From Myxococcota bacterium (lineage in GTDB: Bacteria; Myxococcota_A; SURF-8): DNA of 64,000 nt. Within the stretch, counting starts at the first letter, position 1; each line of letters opens with the position of its first letter. The notes beneath the pieces are model-generated. The model was not told where the DNA came from, did not search any database, and was given only the letters and a program-made list of their open reading frames with translations. Below are positions 19,001 through 27,223 of this stretch, in pieces. The stretch is from the NCBI GenBank assembly GCA_965140415.1, contig OZ223209.1:2144001-2208000 (forward strand). The letters are read 5' to 3'. The position numbers were made by a program, and so were the translations under genes.

Positions 19001-20359
19001 TCAGAACGGTGGAAGAATGCTGTAACCAAGGAAACCCTTGGTGCAATAGCGAATTCCGACGTAAAACGCGAGAATGATGAACAGACGCTTGAGCCAGATG
19101 TCCGGGATGTATTTCTGAGTACGAGGTCCGATCATCGATCCCACAAAAATGCCGATCAGCTCAACTCCGATCAAGCTCCAGGGAACGACGACACCCTTGC
19201 CGACAACATATGTAAAAATACTGACGATCATTCCAACAAGGACGGCAAGGGCGCTCGTTCCTGCAACCAGGAACATCGGAAGTCCGGCTACGCTGGTAAG
19301 GAAGGGAACCAGCAGAAACCCGCCTCCAACGCCGAGGAAACTGGCGATGGCAGCAATAAAGAAGCCGCCGATTGCAGGAATATAGGCTTTAAATGCGAAT
19401 TCGACGCCGAAAAACGTAAAGCGAATATGCTTATTGGGTAGAAAGAACATTAGCACAAGACCGAAGGCAACGATAGCGTAGCTGACGTATAAAGCGCCGC
19501 TGAAAAGATGCTCGCCCAGATTGCCGAATAATACACCAACCAGCACCAGAATCAGCGAGGCGAACATCATCCCGATGCTGCCTTCCAGCACCTGCACGCC
19601 TTCATTTACACTGTCATCGTTCTCATTTTTCTCTTTCTGAGCCTTTTCAAACGCTTCGGCTGCGGCTTTGGCGGCTTTCTGCTTTGCGCGGCCACGTTCC
19701 GTGGTTTGATAGAAAAGGTAGCAGCCGAGCACTAAAACGATTAAGCCGAAGAAGCCGAGATAATCTTTCAGGTTAACCTGTCCTGCGGTCAGTCGCGGTG
19801 CGAGATAGGAACCGGCTACCGAACCGACAGCCAGACTGACAGCGATCGGCAACACCAGTCGTTTCATTCTATAGTAATTGAAACTTGAAATTGCACCGCT
19901 AATTCCGACCAGCCATTGATTGCTGACTCGGATGCTGTCGGTCATCAATTTGTTTAGTGGGTTGCCGCTGCCGAAACTTTTGGCGTAGTCACCCAATCCG
20001 AAGATCGTGATATGTCCGACGCCTGCCATGATCCCTCCGAATGCTCCAACAGTGGAAAAAATCCAGCCGACCCAGATGGCCCATAAAAAACCTAAAAGAT
20101 AGGATGGACTTGGCGCGCCAGGGATACCGAACAGCCCGGGTTTTGCATCCGCTTTGATGACTTCCTGTGTTTTAGCGGCATGATTGGGGTCCGCAACGGC
20201 GCTGCTGATCGCAGCCTTGATCTGGTCTGGCATCTCGCTACGCAGCAGATTTGTGGCCTGCTCGCCGGTTTGGGCATGCAGGTCAAAGAAAGAACTGGTG
20301 GACAGCACCAGAACAGCTGTCAAGGCGACAAGTACAAGGATGTTTATGGTGTTTCTCAT
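19001..20359 (-). CDS. Sulfite exporter TauE/SafE family membrane protein with N-terminal extension
   Basis: STVGAFGGIMAG and FLGVGGGFLLVP repeated glycine motifs; AGTSAL. Confidence 0.88.
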   Translation of the reverse strand: MRNTINILVLVALTAVLVLSTSSFFDLHAQTGEQATNLLRSEMPDQIKAAISSAVADPNHAAKTQEVIKADAKPGLFGIPGAPSPSYLLGFLWAIWVGWIFSTVGAFGGIMAGVGHITIFGLGDYAKSFGSGNPLNKLMTDSIRVSNQWLVGISGAISSFNYYRMKRLVLPIAVSLAVGSVAGSYLAPRLTAGQVNLKDYLGFFGLIVLVLGCYLFYQTTERGRAKQKAAKAAAEAFEKAQKEKNENDDSVNEGVQVLEGSIGMMFASLILVLVGVLFGNLGEHLFSGALYVSYAIVAFGLVLMFFLPNKHIRFTFFGVEFAFKAYIPAIGGFFIAAIASFLGVGGGFLLVPFLTSVAGLPMFLVAGTSALAVLVGMIVSIFTYVVGKGVVVPWSLIGVELIGIFVGSMIGPRTQKYIPDIWLKRLFIILAFYVGIRYCTKGFLGYSILPPF

Positions 20360-20395
20360 GTTTTCTTCCTCTTGGGGGTTAGGGATGAATCTTTC

Positions 20396-21709
20396 TTACA
20401 GGCTAAACTGGAGTAGCAGCCGCAGTCGCATATCGCTCTGGGCATCCTTTGAAACATAGTCTTTCATGATCCAACTGGCATCGGTGGCGATCTTGACGTG
20501 ACGGCCAAACGGGTAGCAGTTGATTCCGAATGAAAGTTCATGCTCCACTTTCAGATCGCCGGCTCCTTTATAGCTGTCTGCTAATGTGGGATCGGCAGCA
20601 ACAATCGTCGCTGCGTTCGCTCGGGCATCATCGCGGAAGGTTTCGGTGGTGGTATTTCCGAAATAACGTACAGCGAATTCTAGGGGAATCGGTAACAGGT
20701 AACTTGCCTGTACGACGCCACCCAGAATGGCCAGGTCGATGTCGGAGTCCAGCCCGGATTCCATGTCATGATATGCGGTAAAGAAGGTGCCGAAGAAACT
20801 GAAGCCGTAGGCTTTCATCATGAATTCGAAAGCCGTGCGTGCTGCCGGGTCGCGAAACGCCTTGGGACGGAAGTCATAGGAAAATCCTAAACCAACGGAG
20901 AAACGAAAGTCGCGACGTTTCCAATCCGTTTCGGTAGTGACGTCGATCCCATTGAACAGGTATGCGTAATGGCCGATGATCTCCGGGTGAAACTCGTTGT
21001 ATGCATCCGCACCGCCCGACAACAACCCCGGCTCAAGCATTTTCTCTTTGCTGATCATCGTAATGCCCTTGGTGCAGTTTGATCGCCAGGGAATTCCGCC
21101 ATACACGCCGATTTCGTATTCGTGCGAGGTTTTCTTGCCGTAGCCGTTGTGTAGTGTCAGTCCGAGAGCTCGTTCGGTTCCGTAATAACGAGGTGCATTC
21201 GAGAAATCGACCAAAGCCTGATTTTTCCAGGAATTCATGCGCTTGCGGGAGAAACCAGGCTTATGGGCGCCCAAGCGGAGACGGGCTTGCTGGTGAAACT
21301 GGTAGTCCACAAACAAATCCATCAGGGTGATTTTTCCCGGAATGGTTTCCACCTGCAGTTTGTAGGTAAAGTCTTTACTGAATAGATGTCCGTTCAAACT
21401 GGTTTGGATGCGTTTGAAAGTAAATTTATGGTCGTGGTCTTGGCTTTTACCATTTTCTTCAGTAATATTCGTCCAATTGGAATCATATTGCAATTGGGCT
21501 GCAAAGCCGAGTTGTACCGAAGCCAACCCGTCCTCACTTTCAACCTTCAGCGGTTTTATTTTTTTCGGTTTTTCTGCTTTGACTGGAGCGGCTTGCGTTT
21601 CCTGTGCATTGGCCGGAACAGAAAATGCTATACTCAAAACAAACAGCAGCAGCACGGCGAATATGCGTGGATTGGTTAAAATTCCTAGAAAACATTTTAT
21701 TGAATTCAT
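20396..21709 (-). CDS. Outer-membrane porin (OprO/OprP-like anion porin fold)
   Basis: Signal peptide (ANA-Q), amphipathic beta-strands, LMDLFVDY...LRLGAHK segment, terminal LQFSL. Confidence 0.7.
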   Translation of the reverse strand: MNSIKCFLGILTNPRIFAVLLLFVLSIAFSVPANAQETQAAPVKAEKPKKIKPLKVESEDGLASVQLGFAAQLQYDSNWTNITEENGKSQDHDHKFTFKRIQTSLNGHLFSKDFTYKLQVETIPGKITLMDLFVDYQFHQQARLRLGAHKPGFSRKRMNSWKNQALVDFSNAPRYYGTERALGLTLHNGYGKKTSHEYEIGVYGGIPWRSNCTKGITMISKEKMLEPGLLSGGADAYNEFHPEIIGHYAYLFNGIDVTTETDWKRRDFRFSVGLGFSYDFRPKAFRDPAARTAFEFMMKAYGFSFFGTFFTAYHDMESGLDSDIDLAILGGVVQASYLLPIPLEFAVRYFGNTTTETFRDDARANAATIVAADPTLADSYKGAGDLKVEHELSFGINCYPFGRHVKIATDASWIMKDYVSKDAQSDMRLRLLLQFSL

Positions 21710-21732
21710 AATTGGTATCCTTTCCGCGACCT

Positions 21733-22140
21733 TTATGATGATTGTTTCAAGTGTTGGGTGTGCTCCGGTTTTGAAAGCAAACGCTCCACCGTAACCAGCA
21801 GTTGCTCTCGATCAAGAGGTTTTTGTAAAGTACTTAACTCACAGAGATCATTTAGCTTTTCTATTTCTTTTTTGCATCGTGTGCCCACCAGCAGCAGAAT
21901 AGGAAATTCATCCAGATGGTGTTTTAATAGCGAAGCGAATTGAGTGCAGCGCATTGTTTCCAGTTGAAAATCGATGATCAGTAGTTCACACCGCCCGGAT
22001 GCTTGGTTTAATGTGTCGATGGAGGCTTCCAAAGAATCCACTGCCAGAACCTGATACCCAGCGGATTGAAGGGATAAGGTCAACGAAACGCGGATGCTGC
22101 CTTGATGTTCCGCAACCAGAATGTAAGAATCGGTTTCCAT
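21733..22140 (-). CDS. Stand-alone response-regulator receiver protein (degenerate acidic pocket)
   Basis: ILVAEH, LLIID, LQKP. Confidence 0.65.
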   Translation of the reverse strand: METDSYILVAEHQGSIRVSLTLSLQSAGYQVLAVDSLEASIDTLNQASGRCELLIIDFQLETMRCTQFASLLKHHLDEFPILLLVGTRCKKEIEKLNDLCELSTLQKPLDREQLLVTVERLLSKPEHTQHLKQSS

Positions 22141-22190
22141 CTTGATCTCGCTTATGCGCAAAAGCGCCGTCAAAGTCGGTCGGTTACTAA

Positions 22191-22206
22191 AGCAATCCGA
22201 GTGCCA
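22191..22206 (-). promoter_or_regulatory. Sigma54 -24/-12 promoter
   Basis: The minus strand reads TGGCAC-TCGGA-TTGCT, matching TGGCAC-N5-TTGC, directly upstream of the operon. Confidence 0.88.
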
Positions 22207-22285
22207 GCTTTACAAGAAGATGGAAACAATTGTTATTACAATGAAATAGCTATGATCAGTTGAAAGGAAAACAATAGCCGGTCAG

Positions 22286-22391
22286 TGGAAACTTACTTTC
22301 CAGATTTTATCATGAAATGGAAATAGTGCTGCTTGTTCGATAGGTTAGGTTTTAACGAAAACTAGTTTCCACTTTGTAAACTAAGTTTCCG
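22286..22391. promoter_or_regulatory. Candidate upstream activator sites for the sigma54 activator
   Basis: TGGAAACTTACTTTCCA (22286-22302), CGAAAACTAGTTTCCA (22356-22371), TGTAAACTAAGTTTCCG (22375-22391). Confidence 0.55.
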
Positions 22392-23799
22392 GTTCCAGGT
22401 TTTTACGAAGGCGCTTGTTCAATGCCTGCCGAGTCATACCCAACACTTGGGCAGCTTTGCTTTTATTGCCTTCGCAACGCAGGAGCGCCTCTGTGATCAG
22501 TAAATCTTTAGCGGTTTCGATGGTGGGTAACGAGGCGGGGAAAACGATCTGGTTCTGTCTGTCCTTAAAACAGTTGGCAAGAAGATGCATGGATTCAAGG
22601 TCGCTTTGATCATGCTGTCCAAGGCGCTCGGAGAGGATCTCAAGCGAACCGCTGGCGCAGGCATCGAAAATCATGGCGCGTAATTCCCGAACGTTGCCAG
22701 GAAATGGATAGACAGCCATTGCTTGCAGTATCGGTTTGAAATCCAACACGTGCCAATCGGGATGGCTACCTGCAATTTCCCTTTGGAAAGCTTCGATCAA
22801 TAGTGGCAGATCGCAGATCCGTTCGCGCAAAGCAGGCAATGCAATGTTGTGTGTGTCCAGGCGATAGAATAAATCCCTTCGGAAGAGACCGTTTTTCATC
22901 AAGTCTGTCAGATCTCGATTCGTGGCGGCGATAATCCGGATATCCGCAGTTTTGGGCTTATCTTCTCCCAAGGGAAAATATTCTCCCTCCTGAACCAGCC
23001 TAAGCAATTTAACTTGCGAGGCAACTGATACATCCCCGATTTCATCCAGAAACAGGATTCCGCCGGAGGCTTTGGCCACCAGACCTTCGCGCATTTGCTC
23101 TGCACCAGTAAATGCTCCTTTGCGATGTCCAAACAGGCTGTCATCGAACATCTGTTCTGAAAGTCCGGCAATATTAACTGCGATAAATGGTCCCCGACTG
23201 TCTCCCGCTTTGTGAATGGCGCGTGCCATTAATTCTTTGCCGACGCCGGTTTCACCGGTAATCAAAACCGGTTCGAAAGAATCGGCGATCGCTTCCGCAT
23301 ACTGGAACAGAGAAAACATCAGGCTGTGACCGGTTACAATATCTGAGAACGCCTCCGGGTTTTCCAGTTCAGGTGACTTGATACGACTCTGCAATCGTTG
23401 CATCTGACGGTGTAGCTCGTGGGATCTAAGCACGCGCTCGACAGTATGCAACAGCCGATCTTGGCTGACCGGTTTTACCAGATAATCGTCCGCCCCGCGC
23501 TTCATGCATTCGACGGCGCTTTCCACCGTATCGTTGCCCGTAATGATAATGACTGAAATATCGGGAAATTCAGCTTTGATCTCCCCCAACAACTGTTCTC
23601 CAGAAGGATTCGGCATGGTCAGATCGAGCAAAACCAATGACGGCATCCAGTCGCGGATAATCGTCAGTGTTTCCCGACTCTGCTGGTTTGCTGTGAGATT
23701 CGCATAACCGTCCATGCGCAAGGTCATTTCGTAACTACGTAAAATCTGGACCTCGTCATCTACCAGAAGAATCGGAAGGCTTTTCTGCTGTCGATTCAT
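22381..23799 (-). CDS. Sigma54-dependent NtrC-family response regulator
   Basis: Receiver domain (VDDE, LLD, KP), GETGVGKE, GAFTGA, FLDEIG, RDLFYRL, C-terminal Fis HTH. Confidence 0.95.
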   Translation of the reverse strand: MNRQQKSLPILLVDDEVQILRSYEMTLRMDGYANLTANQQSRETLTIIRDWMPSLVLLDLTMPNPSGEQLLGEIKAEFPDISVIIITGNDTVESAVECMKRGADDYLVKPVSQDRLLHTVERVLRSHELHRQMQRLQSRIKSPELENPEAFSDIVTGHSLMFSLFQYAEAIADSFEPVLITGETGVGKELMARAIHKAGDSRGPFIAVNIAGLSEQMFDDSLFGHRKGAFTGAEQMREGLVAKASGGILFLDEIGDVSVASQVKLLRLVQEGEYFPLGEDKPKTADIRIIAATNRDLTDLMKNGLFRRDLFYRLDTHNIALPALRERICDLPLLIEAFQREIAGSHPDWHVLDFKPILQAMAVYPFPGNVRELRAMIFDACASGSLEILSERLGQHDQSDLESMHLLANCFKDRQNQIVFPASLPTIETAKDLLITEALLRCEGNKSKAAQVLGMTRQALNKRLRKNLEPET

Positions 23800-26390
23800 T
23801 GGTTTTCCTCATTCAGAAATGATCGCTCATCAATAGGCAAAAAGATTGATACCGTGGTTCCTTCTCCTGGAACGGAATCGAACAGCAATAGGCCTTCATG
23901 GTCTTTGATGATCCCATCCGAAATCGATAGTCCCAGGCCCGTACCGCCATTTTCGCGTTTGGTGGTAAAGAAAGGATCTTTGATCCGGCCCATGCTTTCC
24001 TCTTCGATGCCGATTCCTTCATCCCGTATCATCAACCGAACCTGCTTGTGTTCGCCTTGTAGATACTCGGTTGTGATGCTAATCGCCTTTTCCGGGTCGG
24101 GCAAGGCGTCGCAGGCGTTCAAAATCAGATTGACAATGACCTGCTCGATACGCTGGAAATTGCCTTTAAATGTCGGTAAGGGGTCGGCCAGATCCAGTTG
24201 CAGATGTTGCGTCGACTTTTTCAATCGATTGTTTGTCAATGTGATGGCGGAGCGGACGACTTCATTAAGATTCACATTCTGGTCCATCGAGGAGATATCC
24301 TGCCTGGCAAAATCCTTTAAGTTGGTAACGATTCCCTTGATACGTTCCGCGCCTTTGCCGATGTCTTCCAACAAGGTGGGCACCCAGTCCCGACAGGCGG
24401 CGTAGCTCATCTTGCCGATTTCGAAATCCCCGTTTTCCTCGAATTGGCGATCCAGATAGGGTTGCACGCCTTTCCAGATCTCCAGAATGATCGGTGTATT
24501 CAACATGATGAAGCTATTTGGATTGCTGATTTCGTGTGCCATACCTGCTACCAGGGTTCCTAAAGATGCCAGTTTGTCAGCTTGAATAAGCTGCTTTTGT
24601 CGTATTTCCGCAGACTTTTCCAGCTCTTTGCGGCGTGTGATATCGCGCTCGATAACCGCTGCTCCATGTTGACCGCCAACTTTTGGCCGAATGGGAGAAA
24701 CCAATAGAGAAACCGGGAAAATTCGCCCTTCTTTTGACTTGCGTAGTGTTTCGTAATTTCGAAAGGGTAGTCCATTTCGGATCGCCTGGTGGATGTTATC
24801 CAATTCTTCTTCCAGGCTTTCTTCAAGCAGCATACCGAGCGGTTGGCCGATGACCTCATGTTGACGATATCCGTACAAACGTTCTGCACCCAGATTCCAG
24901 GTTAGAATACGGCATTCGTGATCTACAGCAAGAATGGCATCGTTGGAGGATTCAACGATTGCGATCAGCAGGCGTTGTGCTTCCTCTATGCGACTACGTT
25001 CTTCGATAGCAATCTCGACCTTGTCGACGATCGATTGTACGGCGCGGGTGGCATCGGTGATGGAGTTCACTTCGTAGGTGCTGTCTTTAAAATCTCCTGT
25101 TTTATGGTCAATGGAATTGGAATCGGTTCCGTCGCTGGATGTGAGTAGCGTATTCACCTGTTTCTGTAGATGCGCCAACTCTTGCATAATGCCGGAGAAT
25201 GAGTTTTGCAAACGGCTGACGAACTCGTTGAACAGTCCAGCCAACTCGCCGATTTCATCCGTACTGGACGTAGTCAAGCGGCTGTTCAAATCGCCTTTTT
25301 CATATGCGATGTCATGTAGTCGTCCCATCATTTCCTGTAAAGGATTGGTGATGCGATGCCCGATCCACATCAGCGAAGCCGCCAGCAACAGAATCAAGGC
25401 GGATGTTACTCCAGCCACAGACGATCGGAATTGTCGCGTACTGGCCGCAGCCCCCGATTCATCCGTGATTAGTTCCACGACGCCTATTGGTTTGCCACTG
25501 AAATCAATGACGGGAAAGAATGTGTGGTATTCTTGCTCCATCCAGTACGAAATAAATCCCAGACTGCCATCGTCCAAATATCGTGAAACGAGATCGGAGG
25601 CTTGGGTGGAAGGATCGCTGGCGGCCACCAGAATAAAGGCGTTGCTGCCTCCCTTAACCAAAGGATGTTGCTGTCGGTCATTGAATGCGGTCGTGATATC
25701 CGAGTACTTGGCATCCATAAATAAAGCGAAACGGGTATTGGCAGGATCGAGTACGTTGTGAAGAACGCGATCGTAGGAATACAGGATTTCAACAGAGCCG
25801 ACGTGCCGGTTATCCTCTAACCGGATTGGAACGATACCACGAATGGTAAAGCCACCTCTGCCCAGTTCAATGCCTTTAACAGGTTGATTTTCCCGATTGG
25901 TCTTAACGACAGTCTGCCGGAACTTATTCAAATCGTCGGACATATCGACCCAACGCCCCTCTCGCAGAGCCTGCCGTTCTCTCCAAACACGTAACAAGCT
26001 GCGGTTATTGGGCAGATGAAAATGCGCCTGAAGTTGAGAGGAACCCGAATACTCGGCAAATGCCGAAAGGTAGGGGGCTAATTTTCGCCGAAGATCTTCA
26101 CGGGCCTGTTGTACTGTCGAGTCGAAGGGGTTGTCGATGTTGGCGTTTCCGATGCGGTTAAAAATCGTTCTCACTTCAGGCAAAGTTGAAAGGATGCTGG
26201 AAACCTGCAGTGCGTGTTCGGCCAGCAAGTCTGTTTCGCGATCGATGGCAACGATCAAATTCTCATGACGGAGCTTGATACCTTGATTGATCGTATTCTG
26301 AAAAATCGCCGTGGCGATAAGGTAGATGATCAAGCCCAAACCGATCATGCCTAGAATAGCAGGTATCAGAAACTTGTTTCTCATGCTCAT
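23796..26390 (-). CDS. Sensor histidine kinase (dCache-like, HAMP, PAS, HisKA, HATPase)
   Basis: AHEISNP H-box, NLILNACDA, DEGIGI, PFFTTK, GTGLGL; PAS WNLGAERLYGY. Confidence 0.93.
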   Translation of the reverse strand: MSMRNKFLIPAILGMIGLGLIIYLIATAIFQNTINQGIKLRHENLIVAIDRETDLLAEHALQVSSILSTLPEVRTIFNRIGNANIDNPFDSTVQQAREDLRRKLAPYLSAFAEYSGSSQLQAHFHLPNNRSLLRVWRERQALREGRWVDMSDDLNKFRQTVVKTNRENQPVKGIELGRGGFTIRGIVPIRLEDNRHVGSVEILYSYDRVLHNVLDPANTRFALFMDAKYSDITTAFNDRQQHPLVKGGSNAFILVAASDPSTQASDLVSRYLDDGSLGFISYWMEQEYHTFFPVIDFSGKPIGVVELITDESGAAASTRQFRSSVAGVTSALILLLAASLMWIGHRITNPLQEMMGRLHDIAYEKGDLNSRLTTSSTDEIGELAGLFNEFVSRLQNSFSGIMQELAHLQKQVNTLLTSSDGTDSNSIDHKTGDFKDSTYEVNSITDATRAVQSIVDKVEIAIEERSRIEEAQRLLIAIVESSNDAILAVDHECRILTWNLGAERLYGYRQHEVIGQPLGMLLEESLEEELDNIHQAIRNGLPFRNYETLRKSKEGRIFPVSLLVSPIRPKVGGQHGAAVIERDITRRKELEKSAEIRQKQLIQADKLASLGTLVAGMAHEISNPNSFIMLNTPIILEIWKGVQPYLDRQFEENGDFEIGKMSYAACRDWVPTLLEDIGKGAERIKGIVTNLKDFARQDISSMDQNVNLNEVVRSAITLTNNRLKKSTQHLQLDLADPLPTFKGNFQRIEQVIVNLILNACDALPDPEKAISITTEYLQGEHKQVRLMIRDEGIGIEEESMGRIKDPFFTTKRENGGTGLGLSISDGIIKDHEGLLLFDSVPGEGTTVSIFLPIDERSFLNEENQ

Positions 26391-26476
26391 TAACAAACCG
26401 CCTGCCGTACTTATAAACAGGAATTTCGACCTCGTTTCAGTGATATTACCCGAAAATCAGCCAAACGGCAATTTGC

Positions 26477-26678
26477 ATAGCAGAGGATGTGGCGAGTCGC
26501 GCTGCGTACCGAGGGGTCGGCCCATGGCGCAACGACAGAAGATACCACCTGAAAGCGGCCATTAATAACGGCCTGTTACGTCATTATGGACTTATGAGCC
26601 TGCTTGATGAACATCGTCGACTTGCGAGTTTAACGTGAACCGACGTATACGGAACCGTACGTACGGTGGTGTGAGAGG
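26477..26678 (+). mobile_element. Group II intron 3' remnant (end of the intron-encoded protein plus domain V)
   Basis: ...AAYRGVGPWRN...HLKAAI...YGLMSLLDEHRRLASLT-stop (26638), then GAACCGACGTATACGGAACCGTACGTACGGTGGTGTGAGAGG; domain VI is absent. Confidence 0.85.
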
Positions 26679-27223
26679 TTACGACGTATCGGATCTGCGC
26701 TGTTGGGCGCATTCCCACGCGGATATGAACTGCTTCTGGTCGTCGGAAGATGCTGACAGCATCGAACAGATGGACAACGGCGACTGGCTGGTCAGCATCG
26801 TGACGAACAGGGCCGGTAATTTCCGCGCCCGGCTGGACCTGTACGCACCCTGGCGAATCACGGTCGATCAGATCAAGATCGGTTTCCTGGCCAGCGTGGA
26901 GCGCGATGAGGTGTTGGAAAAGGAGTTGCGCGACAAGGTACACGCGCCCACCACACCTTGGGGACTGGTCTGGCCGGATGAAGAATTCGGTCTCGACTTC
27001 GGTCTGGATCGCCGCTTCAGCGAGCATTCCGGAGACATGCGACCCGATGACGACATCCTCACCGAACTGCAACGGGTCGGCCTGAATCCCGATCAGGCGG
27101 CGAAGTTGCTCGAAGCCGTCGAAGACTGGCAGGGCGACCTGGACGAGTTTTGGGGCATTCTGGATGGCATCCTCGGTGGTGATGGTCGGGCGGTGGATCT
27201 CTGGTCGGTGCTGCAGGTACTGG
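26679..27223 (+). pseudogene. N-truncated JAB/MPN-like domain fragment
   Basis: WAHSHADMNCFWSSED resembles the JAMM HSH...SxxD motif; no native start; the 3' end runs into the IS. Confidence 0.6.
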
